Part shown: piece after piece, positions 1-13,053 of the stretch
Position numbering within the stretch: the first letter of the stretch is position 1
How the letters are laid out: each line of letters begins with the position of its first letter
NCBI GenBank assembly: GCA_964016885.1
Contig: OZ024742.1
Location: 223,014,001-223,078,000, forward strand
Length of the DNA: 64,000 bases
Reading direction: 5' to 3'
Source: Eledone cirrhosa
Lineage: Eukaryota
Program-made: the position numbers and the translations under genes
The notes under the pieces: model-generated
Databases searched by the model: none
Seen by the model: only the letters and a program-made list of their open reading frames with translations
Told to the model about the DNA's origin: nothing

Positions 1-1935
1 TGTGAGATATAAAAGAATGTATTGGGAAATCCAGTGCAATGCAAATAAAAAATAGTTCCAACATTATATATCCTATTTTCATTGCACCAGCTTTCCCTAA
101 ACATACTTGATTATTAGAATGGTGATGATGAGACTGTTGGCTGAATTGGTTGTAGTTCAGTCGGGAATTGTGACTGGCAGATAGTCTCAGCAACAGAAGA
201 CCAATGGAAACATTGTTTCCTTGGTTTGATCTGATCCCTTCTTTTTATATATAAGCAGTGACACTTCTACCAGAAGTTATGACTGATAAATAGTATCAGC
301 AATGGAAACATAGCTTCCTTGGTTTTTACCTGATGATCAGCTCTTTTCCTTTCTGCCAGGTGTTATGACTGACAGATACTATCAGCAATGGAGACATAGT
401 TTCCATGGTCTAATAGGATGATCAGCACTTTTCTTTTTTCTTTATAAACAGGTAAGTATTTGGTGTCACCTTGTATAGGCTATCATTGTGTTCAGGAACA
501 GAAAATTAAAAAATAAATACAATTATTAAAAAATATTTTACTTTATTAGTTGTATATATACAAGGTAATCAGTTTAGCAGTTATTAGAAAGTTGGATATT
601 AGTTCCGACTATTTGTGCACTGAGTTCAAATCCCATCAGAGGTAAACTTCATCTTTCATCATTTTGGGGTTAAGTCAAGTACTGGGGTTGATTTAATCAA
701 ATCTCCCTTCCCTCTAAATTATTGGTCTTGTGTCTTAATTAGAAATATTGCTTTAATATTTGTAAAAATTGTCAGTCATTAGAATGTCAGATTAAATTCT
801 TTGCAGTATTTTTTCTGCTATCTGTACTCTGCATTCAAATTCTGCTGAGATCAACTTTGTCCCTCATCCTTTCAGGGTTAATAACTAAAGTATCAGTTCA
901 GGGATGTTGGATTGGTAGAATTGTTAAAGAGTCAGCGAGATGCTTTGCAGTATCTATTCCTGTTCTGTATATTCTCGGTTCAAATCTCACCTCTTGTCAC
1001 AGGAGAAAAAGTGACTCTTCTGCTAGTAGTTGTGACCAGCAGACAGTATCAACAATGGAAACAGTTTCCTTGATTAAATCTAAGGTTCAGCCTTTTCCTT
1101 CCTTTCTTATATATATGATGAATCAGTTGTAGTGTGTAAAGAGGATTGTACAGATATGTGATGCATAAGAAGGAAAACAGTTGGATGAAGTGTCATATGA
1201 TCCAAGTGAAAGAAAGCCGAGGAAGGAGTGTCATGTGATCTGATCCAAGTGGAAAGAAGCTGCGGGAGAGGAAGAAGAGATGAAGGTTGTCTCAATGCTG
1301 ATAAGGTTTTTATCATAGAACCAGGAGCAATTGAGTATCAAAAAGTTTAGATAAATAGTAGCTAATCTCAATAAAAGTTGATTGAATTACTACATTGGTA
1401 GAAGGCACCAAAACTGTACGGAGAGTGTATAGTCAGTAGAATGAACCACATGGTATGTTCACAGTACATATTTGACACACCTTGGTATGATATTAACTGT
1501 TCATATTTTACAGACCTTCCTATTCTAGGCAGCAGAGTTGTTAGGATGTTGGATTAAAAATGTCTCAATGTTTGTTTCAGCTCACTGAACTCAAATCTTT
1601 TCAAGGTTGATACATAAAGTACCAATTCAATACTGGGTTGTCATTATCTCTTCCTTTGTTTCTCACTCTTTATCTAGAAGAAATTGTTTGTGTCCAGACC
1701 TGGAGAGGGATGGGCTCCACAGGCTTAAAATGCCTAAGACACACTATGTGTCATTACAGCACTCCTACAATTCTATCAACAGTTAAGAGCCATTTAGTTG
1801 CTTTTCTGGAAGACATGTTGAACAGAGAAAATAAATCTGACTCTACAACAATGGCAAAAACTACCAAGATAAGATCTTATATGCTGTGAAATATAGTATT
1901 TGGTCTTGGAGAAAATTGCAATTCTGATTGATATA

Positions 1936-3102
1936 TGAGGGTTGGCTGAAAAGTTCATAGGCTGACCAAGATACTCTCATGGAATGAGACCAAATGAGGT
2001 TTATTTTTCAACACAGTCTCCCTTGTGGTCCACACTCTTCTTCCATTGGTGTTGCAGTGCTTGGATCCCATTGGTGAAGCTTTCCTCCTGTTGATAAAAA
2101 AGTCATCATCATTGCAATACTGGTTCTAGCAAGTGTTATTCCATGTTGCGGAACAGATGATAGTCATCAGGAGAATAGGGAGGATGATCAACCAGTTCAA
2201 AGTCACAGTCGTGTACAGCAGCCATTGAAACCAAGAACTTGTGTCCTGGAGCATTGTCCTAATGAAACAAGATCTCTTTTGTCAGTTATCCTGCGTGGTT
2301 GGTCTTAGCCTTTCAAAACTGCAGCAAGTTGGTATAGTTCTCTCCATTGATGGTGTGGCCCAATTTAAGATAGTCAATAAACACAATGTCTTTTGCATCT
2401 CTAAATACAGGTCATCACTTTCCTTGCAAATGAAACGACCTTGGCCTTTTTGGAACAGGTGAGGAGGGATGTTTCCACTGTATAGATTGTCTCTTTGTCT
2501 CTGATTCAAAGTGATGAACCCAACACTCACTCTGGGTTAATAAACATTTTCCCGTGATGTGATCAGCCTGGTGTGCTTTTGATCAGGTGTCAGAAGACGT
2601 GGCACCCACCGTGCTGAAACCTTCATTGTGCAGAATATTCTCAACTCTCATGTGATATGCTAATACCATGCTATTTAATTTATAGTCAGTCGCCTGTCAT
2701 CCATCACGTGATGAACACAATGTTTTCCTCAGTGGTGGCAGTTGTAGGACGTCCAGACCTTGGGTTATTTTCAAGACTCTTCTAAATTCAGCTGCCCACT
2801 TTTGCTCTGTTGATAAAGCTGGAGTGTCATCCCCTAATGTAATGACCATGTCAGCATGAATGTCCTTGGGGATTAAACCCTTTTTCTGCAGGTACTTGAT
2901 GACACCGTGATGCCAAATTTTGTCCATTTTCAAGAGAAGTTGCTATTAGTTACTTGTCTTCTTTGAATAGTCAGATGACAGTTTACCTGGAAAAAAACAA
3001 TGCAGTTATTAAAAATAAGAGTTGAAATTAATGCATGCAACATTTCACAGCTCTAGCATCATTCCTTCATAGTTAGCCTATGAACTTTTTTGCCAACCCT
3101 CC
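1936..3102 (-). mobile_element. Degenerate mariner (Tc1/mariner) DNA transposon
   Basis: ~30-bp imperfect TIRs (tgagggttggctgaaaagttcataggctgac / gttagcctatgaacttttttgccaaccctcc) flanked by TA. Minus-strand remnant MDKIWHHGVIKYLQKKGLIPKDIHADMVITLGDDTPALSTEQKWAAEFRR resembles the mariner N-terminal HTH; many frameshifts. Confidence 0.85.
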
Positions 3103-3787
3103 TACTTGCATTGTTGACAAAGTTGAGCACATTTCACTAATGTCATTGATTTTATGAAGTCCAACAGTCTCTACTTTGAATTAAACTCTTTTGATATAAC
3201 CCATCCTGCAATACCTCTGCTTCTATGAAATGAAACCACCTATTTAAAAGGATTCATACTTAAAACCTTCCAACATTATTTGAGAAAAGAACATTCTGTT
3301 GTTATAAATAACATTTTAATAATGTTATTAAAAGTTTATAATTTCAGTAAATTGTTCCAAATCTTTCATTAATTAATTTAAATACTGTGTATTTCATTAT
3401 AAACATGGTAATGAAAGGATTAAAAAGTTTTTCTTCATGCAGCTTAGTGGTTAGGGTATTGGGCTCAGGGTCGTCAGGCCATAAATTCAATTACTGGACT
3501 GGTTAGTATGTTGTGTTCTTGAGCAAGACACTTCATTCTATGTTGCTCCAACTCACTGAATAAAAAGCAACAGCTAAGCATGTATTCTCAGTTGCTTAAT
3601 GCCAAAGAAACCAGGATAATCCCCAGGTTTGAAATAGATTTCAGTTTTAATCATTCGAATGACAGGTGTCCTATCCAGGGAAGAGTCATGTATTCTCACT
3701 TAACGCCAAGGAAACCTGGATAAGTTCCGACCTGATGAACCTCAGAGTTCAGGACAGATGTTAACTTTTTTTAACATTAGGTAAATG

Positions 3788-3962
3788 CAAACCTGCCAAC
3801 TTCTAAACACCAAACGGGGAGTACCATGAAAAAAAGTGCCCCAAAATGGGGAGATTTTACATAATGCAAGCTATACCCATTTTCATAAGAAAAGACATCT
3901 CTCATCCGCCCCAAAAGTGGGTGGGAGATCTCCCCATCGGATGGGGAGCGTTGACAGGTCTA
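3788..3962. mobile_element. Small MITE, copy 1
   Basis: TIR caaacctgccaac / gttgacaggtcta, flanked by TAAATG on both sides. An inverted homologous copy lies at 50058-50252. Confidence 0.65.
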
Positions 3963-5629
3963 TAAATGTAGTTTTCTTTTGAAGTACGAATGAGCGAGTA
4001 TTTCAAAAGTTAATTTCTATTGATATTTATTAATTAGTCACTACACGATAACTATTGTTAATTATCTATTTTGCTATTAATTCAATAATAAAACGTAAGT
4101 TACGTTACTATCTCGGGATAAGAAAGACAATCTTTTACTTCAGCCTATTAAAAAAACAAAACATTTCCTCTCACATTGGTCTGTTATAAGTTATTTCCCT
4201 TCGATTAGACAGATTTTGTTTTGATCAATTGTACATTAGTATTGAGTGCACGATAAGGAGCGTACTTTGAACTGTCAATACTAACTTATTTGTTTGTCCT
4301 TCAAAATATTTTAATTCTCATTTTTACCGTTCAACGAAAAACTAAATAAATATATTATCATGAATACTGAAATGCTATAAGATGAGAAATATAAAAATTA
4401 TCCAAATATGTGTATTTAAAAAAGATTCAGTTATTGTCAACATCATATAATTGTTTCTACTTTAGGCCAGCAATTACTCAGTGCATTACTGGTACTTTAT
4501 TTTATCGACCCCGTAAGGATGAAAGGCAAAGTCAACCTCGGCGTAATATGATATATCGATATTACAAGCGTTTGTTACTATAAAATCTGAAGAGCTGTGG
4601 TGATCGAACTATGTCAGCACCTGACTAGCTTCCTTCAGATTTGTCTCCAGTTTTAAACTGCACCATTGCTGTCGGCTTTCAGATCAAACCTGAAGATTTA
4701 CCTTTTCAGGAAATATCAGCCTTTCAAACTCCAATATATATATATATGAGAGTGTGTCAATATATTTGTGTGTGTGTGTGTGTGTGAATAGACACCTATG
4801 GACATGTTTTCGCTTTGATGCAGTTATGGCGGTAGATTTGTTAAAGCGTCAGACAAAATGAGTTGTGGCGTTTGTTTGGGCTCTTTATGTTCAGAGTTTA
4901 AATTCCGCTGAGATCAACTTTGCCTTTCGATTTCGATAAAGTAAAATACCATTCAATATAATTGACTTCCCCCTTCTCTCAAAAGTTGAACCGTCACTTA
5001 AATTTGAAACCCATTATTATTGTGTCAGCCTATATATATATATATATAAAATAGCCTCACCCAGCCAGAATAGAATTATTGGAATCACACACATACGTCA
5101 GACCTTTCGTGCATGAAGGACTATGAAATACCGCTACTTAGACGATGGCAGTTGAAATTCTTTGGTTGCCGATATTGAAGTGTTACCTGTAAAGGCCTTG
5201 GTCTCGCCATATTCCTGAAAATCCATGATAGGGTGAAACTATCATTATATCCAAGTTGCCAGTGTTCCAGTCTTTAATTCAGAATGTACAAAACTATCTA
5301 TATTGTTTGTAGTATAATACTCACTTATCAAGAAACTTAAACAATGAGAACAATAGACAATTTTAAACATATTTGTTCCCTCTTATATACACATATATAC
5401 GCCAAGTCCGAACACAAATGAACCAAACTCCCATTGTCACTGCCTACGTCTCTCACTGTTGTGAGGCAACAAAGCGTATTGTAGTCTGTGCTGCTAGAAA
5501 CAGTAACCAAATGACATTCCACTGTCATGTATGTGTATTGTGAGCTTACAAGGGTACCTTTTCATATCTCAATTTGCTAGAAACAGCAGCCAAACACCAC
5601 TCAAATCACACCTTACTATTTTAAATAAC

Positions 5630-5674
<45 letters not shown>

Positions 5675-5922
5675 CAGACAAACATATATGGTCCGAAGCA
5701 TATAAGCTCTTTATAATTAGTGCATAAAAGAACTGATAAGAAGATATAAAGATATTTGGACAAGAAAGGAATTTATTTTACGGTCGATAACTTTTGGTAA
5801 TTTTGAGAAATACAGATACTGGTAGATACATAAACACAAATTTGCGTTTGTTAATACTATATAATTGACAAAATTATGCTGTTGTTAACACTGGTTCGTT
5901 TACAAAGCATTGAGGAAATTTG

Positions 5923-6127
5923 AAAATAAGTTTGCTTTCGGAAAAAGCCACCCGCACTAGTCGAAATATCTAGTTTAAAAACCCTGGAGATGCAAATGCG
6001 TGGTTCAATTCCCGCAATTAGTTCAGTAAACACTTTTCCACCACCATGGGTAATTTACCTGACTTGTTCTATTATCATTTATAGTTCGACTGCATTATGG
6101 CGGCTTTTCCAAAAGCAAATCTAGTTT
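5923..6127. repeat. Imperfect fold-back / MITE-like element downstream of TECR
   Basis: Arms of ~45 bp: tttgctttcggaaaaagccaccc...gtcgaaatat versus atagttcgac...ggcggcttttccaaaagcaaa. Confidence 0.55.
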
Positions 6128-6430
6128 ATGCTGTTATATGAAAATGGAACAAAACAAGATGAAAACCATAGAATACAAGACACAGTTCTAGAAACACTGC
6201 AAAATTTGTAAAATAAAAAAAGTTTGATTTTTATGCAGAAATGAAATACATCATTATACATCAAATTTCACCAGAACTATCTACTGGTGGGATTCAGAAG
6301 ACGTAGAAGAAATTACCAAAATTTACAGATCAAAGGTGATTTTTAATTAACAAAGTCAAATAACGGAACTCTGGATTTTAGCTGATAAGTCATTTAAGAC
6401 AGAAAAATGGGAGTGTATTTTTTTTTAATG

Positions 6431-7351
6431 TTAAAAGATAAACGGAATGATTGCTTTGCGATTTCTAGGATAGGAACTGAATTCTTTCCTGTAGTTAGAT
6501 AGTTTACCACGGGCCCACATAGACATCTGATACAGACCAGCGAGAGCAAATAGTTCAGCAGGCATGCACTGGGTCATCACAGCGAAACACTGCCAAGCTA
6601 TAAACTCGTAGGTGTAGTTAGGACAGGCTACGAAGCCAAACAGCCAGGTGAAAGGGTTGGCTCCGGGGTACGGGATCAAACGAACCTTAGAATATTTTGG
6701 TCGTAAATTTCTGAGTGCGATGTGAATAGAGAGGTTTCCAAGTTCGGCAAGGATAAATCCAGTTAAAGCGCCATATACTTGCACGTTACCGAAACTGGGA
6801 GGTGTATAAAGAGGGTGGTTGACGTAGTAAGCAATGAAAGCAGCGAAGCCCCAGTAGTATAATGAATTCTTAACGATATTACGGATTGGCATGGTTGCAT
6901 GAGAGAATCGGTGCACGAACATTGTTTCCAGTAGACGTTTAGCATAATGAAATATCCAGCAACCGGCAGCAAGCTTCACAGCAAAGTCTCTCGGATAACT
7001 AGCAGCATCGACATCATAGATAAAAGAAGGACGCAGGAAAAATATAGCATAGATAATAGGTGGACCAGCATATTCAGTTAGGAAGACTGTTGTCCAGTCG
7101 ACTTGTGGACCAAGGTCCTTGAAATAAAGAACGGCCTTTCCATCAAATCCTAAACTCAACAAAGTCTCCTCGTCACGTAAAATTCGTCCGCGTGGTTCTT
7201 TGCGAAACGAATGCCTCGCCAGGGATAATTTAGAGTTAAATTTCTTATACTCAAGTTTAACATCTTGGATTGTTGATGATTGTTTCAGTGAATTGAAAGA
7301 AATAATACTTTTTCCACTCTTGGCATTAATAATATCCACTTCCATGTTCAT
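6431..7351 (-). CDS. TECR: Very-long-chain trans-2,3-enoyl-CoA reductase (TECR/Tsc13 family), single coding exon, 306 aa
   Basis: Full-length open ORF with a ubiquitin-like N-terminus and the family motifs FKDLGPQV, EYAGP, HYAKRLLETMFVHRFSHATMP, YYVNHPLYTPP, CPNYTYE and terminal RKAIIPFIF. Confidence 0.96.
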   Translation of the reverse strand: MNMEVDIINAKSGKSIISFNSLKQSSTIQDVKLEYKKFNSKLSLARHSFRKEPRGRILRDEETLLSLGFDGKAVLYFKDLGPQVDWTTVFLTEYAGPPIIYAIFFLRPSFIYDVDAASYPRDFAVKLAAGCWIFHYAKRLLETMFVHRFSHATMPIRNIVKNSLYYWGFAAFIAYYVNHPLYTPPSFGNVQVYGALTGFILAELGNLSIHIALRNLRPKYSKVRLIPYPGANPFTWLFGFVACPNYTYEFIAWQCFAVMTQCMPAELFALAGLYQMSMWARGKLSNYRKEFSSYPRNRKAIIPFIF

Positions 7352-8299
7352 CGATAACCTCCGATTAGTTTCTCCTCACAACGACACTATAGAATCGTGT
7401 AACTTAAGCAGAAGTTATATAATGCTATACAAAGAAATAGTTTCGGAGGATAGATTTATATAAGAAACGTTTTGTTAAGACAGTCTTATAATCTTTTATT
7501 TTAATATACTATTACAAACAAAGATATACATTTTTTTTATAGAGAAGAAACTCATTATAAAATAGTGTATCGAAAGTTTAGAATATTTGTTTTCGTATTA
7601 AATTAAAGGGACGAAAGTGTAATAATGAACATGTTCTTCGTTTAGAGTTATACCCACTTGATGTGACAGAAGTAGTAGAGATTATATATATCTATGTTTA
7701 AAGACCTTCCTATCGTGACCATCTTGTCTTATTCAGTCATAGCGATTATATTATCAACCAGTGTGTCCTATTTTTTAAGGAGGTTTTGCTACTATTTCGA
7801 AACGTTTGTAAGTACTGGGCCGCTGACAATTAAGTATTGGATGATGTTGGTGAGTGTGCTTCGCTATTCCAGTGTCTTAGCCACGCCACCACCCAGTTTT
7901 ATTGAAGTATCAGACGATAACTATCCCATTACCTTAGTCTCGGTATTACTCAGTTACTGAGAGTATTAGGTGATGCAGGTGAATGTGCTTGGCTATTCCA
8001 GTGCCTTAGCCTCACTATCACTCGTGGTAACATCGTGAATGTCTTGGCTTTCCTCAACATTATGTTAGGGAAACACCAACATTCCTTGTTGTAAAAGTGA
8101 TGTTTATTTTTTTTTTCTGGTAAATTTTTATTGACTTGTTTATTTTGAAAATCATATTTATTATATAACTTGCGTTTATATGTACAGGATGTTTAAATAG
8201 ATCGGCCGAACTGTGTGGGCGTGTTTTCTTGAGGCTCTGCTGGTGTCAGTAGCCACACACATAGTCATGTATTGCTACCCACCAAGAAAAAAATTGAGA

Positions 8300-8590
8300 C
8301 CAACGAGGGGGAGACTTCTGGTGTCACCTCCCTACTCACCACCACAGAGTTGGCTACCAGCAGGTGTCAGCCTCGCGAGCTGGAATGGCTCTCCCAACGC
8401 GTCTCCTTCACCATCCTTCGGGGAAACGCCTTCTCTATTCTGTCCGCCTTGGCCGGGGGGCGGCCAAGGCGTGTGTCCCCATTTGCTCATAATAGTGAGA
8501 GATGAGGAGGGACGGAGGCAGTGACAGTGGGAGTTTGGCTCCTTTGTGTTCGGACCTGGTGTATATGTATATGTTTCATGGACACACACT
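8300..8590 (+). mobile_element. 3' fragment of a CRE-like (restriction-like endonuclease) non-LTR retrotransposon
   Basis: Translates RELEWLSQRVSFTILRGNAFSILSA, a typical RLE C-terminal QRxSxxIxRGNA motif. An inverted homolog lies at ~10640-10910. Confidence 0.6.
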
Positions 8591-8952
8591 CAATACCAAA
8601 CTTCGTCATGGTGTTTCACATGGAAATGGAATTCATGAAATATACGATTAAAGCGGAAAAAGACAACATATCTAATAAGAAGGTTAAAGAAAAGAAAAGA
8701 AAAAACTGAAAAGAAACAGAAAGTTGAAAGGAAAAGAGAGAAAAGAATCATTGAAATAATTATTCTACAAAGAGTCATGTCTAACGGAACGACAGCTGTG
8801 ACTCCTATCTATTCAGTATGTGCTCTGTCTGTATTTAATTTTGTGGGTTGTAACAAATATAATGGATACTGAATAAATGATGACGATTCAAGGCCATCGG
8901 CTCACTTCCTAACTATATATTTTTATCCACGAATTCTGTAAGTACAAGTTTC

Positions 8953-9037
8953 TTCTTCTTCTTCTTCTTCTTCTTCTTCTTCTTCTTCTTCTTCTTCTTC
9001 TTCTTCTTCTTCTTCTTCTTCTTCTTCTTCTTCTTCA
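8953..9037. repeat. (CTT)n microsatellite, probable RTE tail
   Basis: Pure CTT run adjacent to minus-strand RTE fragments. Confidence 0.9.
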
Positions 9038-9059
9038 TTCAGCCTCCTGCCTTCTATCA

Positions 9060-10150
9060 CTCGTGACATTGCACCCGAGATACTTGAAATTCTCCACCTG
9101 CTTCAGTGGAACTCTATTCACATGTAGAGTGCACTGTGCAGGCTTCTTTGAGAGGATGAGTGTCTCAGTTTTTTGTAGCACTGATTTTCATTCCAGCCAT
9201 GCAGCACTCAGCATCAAACCTATCAAGTGAAATTCGGAGATCACCTTCTGTCAAGTTAACTAATATCATTTCATCTGCAAATTCCAGCTGACTGATTTTA
9301 CCCCTGCAAATTGTGATGGCACATCTAACCTGGTTGTGCATGTCAATCCTGTCTTCTAAAATCATCTGTACTCCATTCTCAATAAAGATACATGAACATC
9401 TAACCTATATCTAGAATATCCATTTCACATAGAACTGGTTTCAAATACACAATAAATGTTTACAACTCATATAAAACAAATGTGGAGACAGAGTCCTCAA
9501 ACACTCCTTCCAGCGAATCCTCTCAGAATCAACTGTCTCCAACTGATCAGGCCGGATCCCCAAGCGTGACCAGCCAAGCTCATGGATGTTATCCAACTAT
9601 CTTGCTCGGGGTCTACCCCTGGGTTTCCTGCCGGTTAGTTTTGCCCGTAAAATCTGCCCAGTGATTCATTCCTGAGACATTCTAACCACGTGTCCATAGT
9701 ATAGAAGTCGTGATCTCTCAATTCGGAGAAGTAGCGACTCTACCTGGTGTAACTCTCTGATCTCCGAGCTACGCACTCTATCGAGTAACGTTACTCTAAA
9801 GATCCCTCGGAACAACCCCATTTCGATCGCTTGTATTCGTGATCGTATTCTTTCGGTCATTACCCAAGATTCATGACCATAGGTAAGGGTTGTCACGATT
9901 ACTGAATTGAAGATAGCGAGTTTGACACCTACCTCTCTTCTTCTGAATACCGAATGCTGAAGCGGGTGCATTACTGCACCAGCTTCTGCAATTCTTGCAA
10001 TTAATTCACCTGCCTTCCATCACTCGTGAACACGGCTCCGAGATACTTGAACTTCTCCACCAGCTTCAGTGGATTGCGCAGGCTTCCTTTAGAGAACGTG
10101 GGTCTCTGATTTTCATTCCAGTCAATCCGACTCCCACGTTGAATGGTTTC
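9060..10150 (-). mobile_element. RTE LINE 3' fragments (two pieces)
   Basis: QLEFADEMIL...GMKISATK and TLTYGHESWVMTERIRSRIQAIEMGLFRGIFRVTLLDRVRSSEIRE...LLYYGHVVRM. Confidence 0.8.
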
Positions 10151-10366
10151 GATTTAGCACCAGACACTTTACATAGACCTTGCCGTAGAGGCTTAACTAG
10201 GAAATCTCTCTGTCATTGGAATAATCTCTCTTGTCTCCCTTTTTGGAAATTGGGGTTATGACTTAGATGCATTTCCAAAGATCCGAGCCACCCGGCACAT
10301 TATGGAAACATAAATTTCTGCACAAACCTTGCACCTGAATATCCACACAGGAATCAGAAACCCACA

Positions 10367-10428
<62 letters not shown>

Positions 10429-10639
10429 GGCCAACAACCCCTGCCACAGAGTGACCAGGTCAACAACTATCCTTCACATTCCAGCCTTTCAAATTTGCTA
10501 CTTTCTCAAACTATTCCAAGAGACAAAACATCACCAGTCAACCACCACTACCACCACCACCACCAACAACAACAACAGCAACAGCAGCAGCAGCAGCAGC
10601 AGGAGGAGGAGGAGGAGGAGGAGGTTTCAAAAAATGTTA

Positions 10640-10910
10640 TACTAACTATAAATGTCGGACACTATGGGTGTGTCCGTGAAACATAGATATATGCACCAGG
10701 TTCGAACACAAAGAAATCAAACTCCCACTGTCTCTGCCGCTATTATGAGAAAAAGGGCGCCCACGCGCTAGTCACCCCGCGGCCCCGGCGGACAAAATAG
10801 AGAAGGCATTTCCCCAGAGTATGGTGAGGGAGATGCGCTGGAAGAACCATTCCAGTTCACGAGGCTCACACCTGCGGGTAGCCAACTCTGCCGATGGTAG
10901 TGAGTAGGGA
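10640..10910 (-). mobile_element. CRE-like retrotransposon 3' fragment, inverted copy of 8300-8590
   Basis: Shares QSWLPAGVSL..WNGS...SPSP..GE.PSLFCPP with the 8213 ORF and has the same 3' UTR. Confidence 0.6.
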
Positions 10911-11371
10911 GGTGGCCCTGAGGGCCAAGGATACCAGAAGTCTCCACCTCTCCAATTACTGATGAAGCAGTCATATCTTCCTGCCCTCCTCTCTCCATCT
11001 CAAACTACCTCAAGAAACCAACTATTATCATTGTTGCCAATCTGTATTGCTACTACTACCACTCCAACATATGATGAAGCAATCCTCTCTCCCTCAACAT
11101 AGAAATCTATAATTCTTAATAATAATTATTTCTACTACTTTTTGGCACAAGGCCAGCAATTATCCCAGTGTATTACTGGTACTTTATTTTATCGACCCCG
11201 TAAGGACGAAAGGCAAAGTTAACCTCGGCGGGATTTGAACTCAGTCCGTAAAGGGACGTAACTGTGCTGCAAAGCATGGCGTCCGACCCTCTACCGATAC
11301 TGCCAATCCACCGCTCTATTCTTAATAATAATAATAATTGTTTCTACTATTGGCACAAGGCCAGCAATTAC

Positions 11372-11960
11372 CAACGCCTCGGCCTCCGCGTGTGTGAGTC
11401 ACACAAATGCCATTGTGGAGCTCTCGTTAATGAGTTTGGCCTGAACTCACTGTCATACCGCCAGAGTACATGCTGTTTCTCCGACATACTGCTCTCAACG
11501 ACATATTGAAAAGGAGCCTGGATGCAGCTGGCTTCCCACCATAAGTGGAGCCAGTAGGCCTCGACAACCGAGACGGCAAGCGCCCCGGCGGAATTACCCT
11601 CTTCCCATTCAAAGGAAATAAATCCCTCATCTGGGATGCCTCAAGCTGTGACGCGTTCTCCGCCTCCATCTTAGTCACTTCGGCCACAAACCCCGGTACT
11701 GCGGCCCGCAATGCAGAAAACAGGAAGACAAGCAAATATCGGCCTTGTCCGGCCGCCGTCGAGACGTTATGCGTCCTCGGACACCTTACTGCCGAGCTCC
11801 TCCGTAAAATCGGAACGTTAGCAACTCTCTGAGAAAGAAGCCCCGCGAGGTGGGGTAGCTGTTGCAGCAAGTGTCGCTGGTCATTGTCCGCGGAAATGCC
11901 TTTGTAGTTTTGTCCGCGAGGCGCAGCCGAAACATCGCCCCGCCCTTGGCACAGAGCCTA
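11372..11960 (+). mobile_element. CRE-like non-LTR retrotransposon, zinc-finger + RLE C-terminal remnant
   Basis: RLGLRVCESHKCHCGALV...EPVGLDNRDGKRP(G)GITLFPFKGNKSLIWDAS...AAVETLCVLG...QQVSLVIVRGNA. Confidence 0.75.
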
Positions 11961-12489
11961 TCACCCTCTCCTCTTCCCCCTCTCTTTCTTCCGTGGCATA
12001 ATAATCCTTGCTATTTCCCTCCCTTTCCTCTCATTTATGGGATTTATAGTCCTTTCCTCCACGTTCTTTAACAGCCAAATCTACTCTTCTTTACTCCTTC
12101 CCCCTCTTTTCATCATTTAATTTTGTTTTTATCCCTTTTTTCTCATATTTTCATTCATTTTTGATTTTCAATATCTCTGAAAACTGAATCCGGCCTAGTA
12201 TTCACAGGAGGACTAGTTACTTGACACCGGTTGTTAGGACGCACTAAATCAAACAGAAGTTTCTACAAAATACTTTTATTATGAATTTTATTTCAGGTAT
12301 GTTACTGGCCAGTTTCCTTTCAGGGTTTCGATTTTAACCAATATTTCAGTTTACTTAGAATTAAAGGAACAAAAATATGCGATAAAATATATTTTAGCGA
12401 AAAAATATGTTCAATGTCACTTTTCGCATGTTTATTTTCCTTCTGTTCGCGACCGAGGCCTCGGCATGTTTTATACATAAACAAGGAAT

Positions 12490-12680
12490 TTATTAAAAGA
12501 TGGATGCAAGGCTTGAGTGTGTTATGAGACCCAACATATATTCATATATGAAAAGGGAGTTTATCAAAAGCGATGCAAGGATTGTTTGTGTTATGTAACG
12601 TCAACATATATTCATATATGAAAAAGGAGTTTATCAAAAGCGATGTTATGTAATTTTAACATATATTCATATATGTAAGA
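12490..12680. repeat. Tandem repeat, ~3 units of 60-70 bp
   Basis: Recurring aacatatattcatatatgaaaa(g/a)ggagtttatcaaaagcgatg. Confidence 0.8.
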
Positions 12681-13037
12681 TGGGTATCGATTGAAGAAAA
12701 TTAAAGTATGTTTTTCGTTTAGTTCTCCTAATTGAGAGATCACAGCTCCAATACTATGGGCATAGGAAAGAACGCTGGACAGATTTTACGGGCAAAATCA
12801 ACCGACAGGAGACCCATGAGTAGACCCCGGGCAAGATGGTTGGATAACATCGATGAGCTTGGCTGGTCTCGCTTGGGGATCCAGCCTGATCAGTTGGAGA
12901 CGTTTGCTGGAAGAAGTGTTTGAGGACTCTGCCTCCACAACACTCTCAGGATAAAGTGGGCGAAGAAGAAGCTATGATAACATCTTTCATGTTTATCACC
13001 CAATTTTGTAATCGGTCGGCGATTTTAAAAACAAATA

Positions 13038-13053
13038 ATGTTCCTGATAGACT
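13038..13053 (+). CDS. Tentative first coding exon of the BolA-like gene (MFLID+T)
   Basis: aaataATG context, GTAAGG donor, and the phase-1 end required by the next exon. No homology support. Confidence 0.3.
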
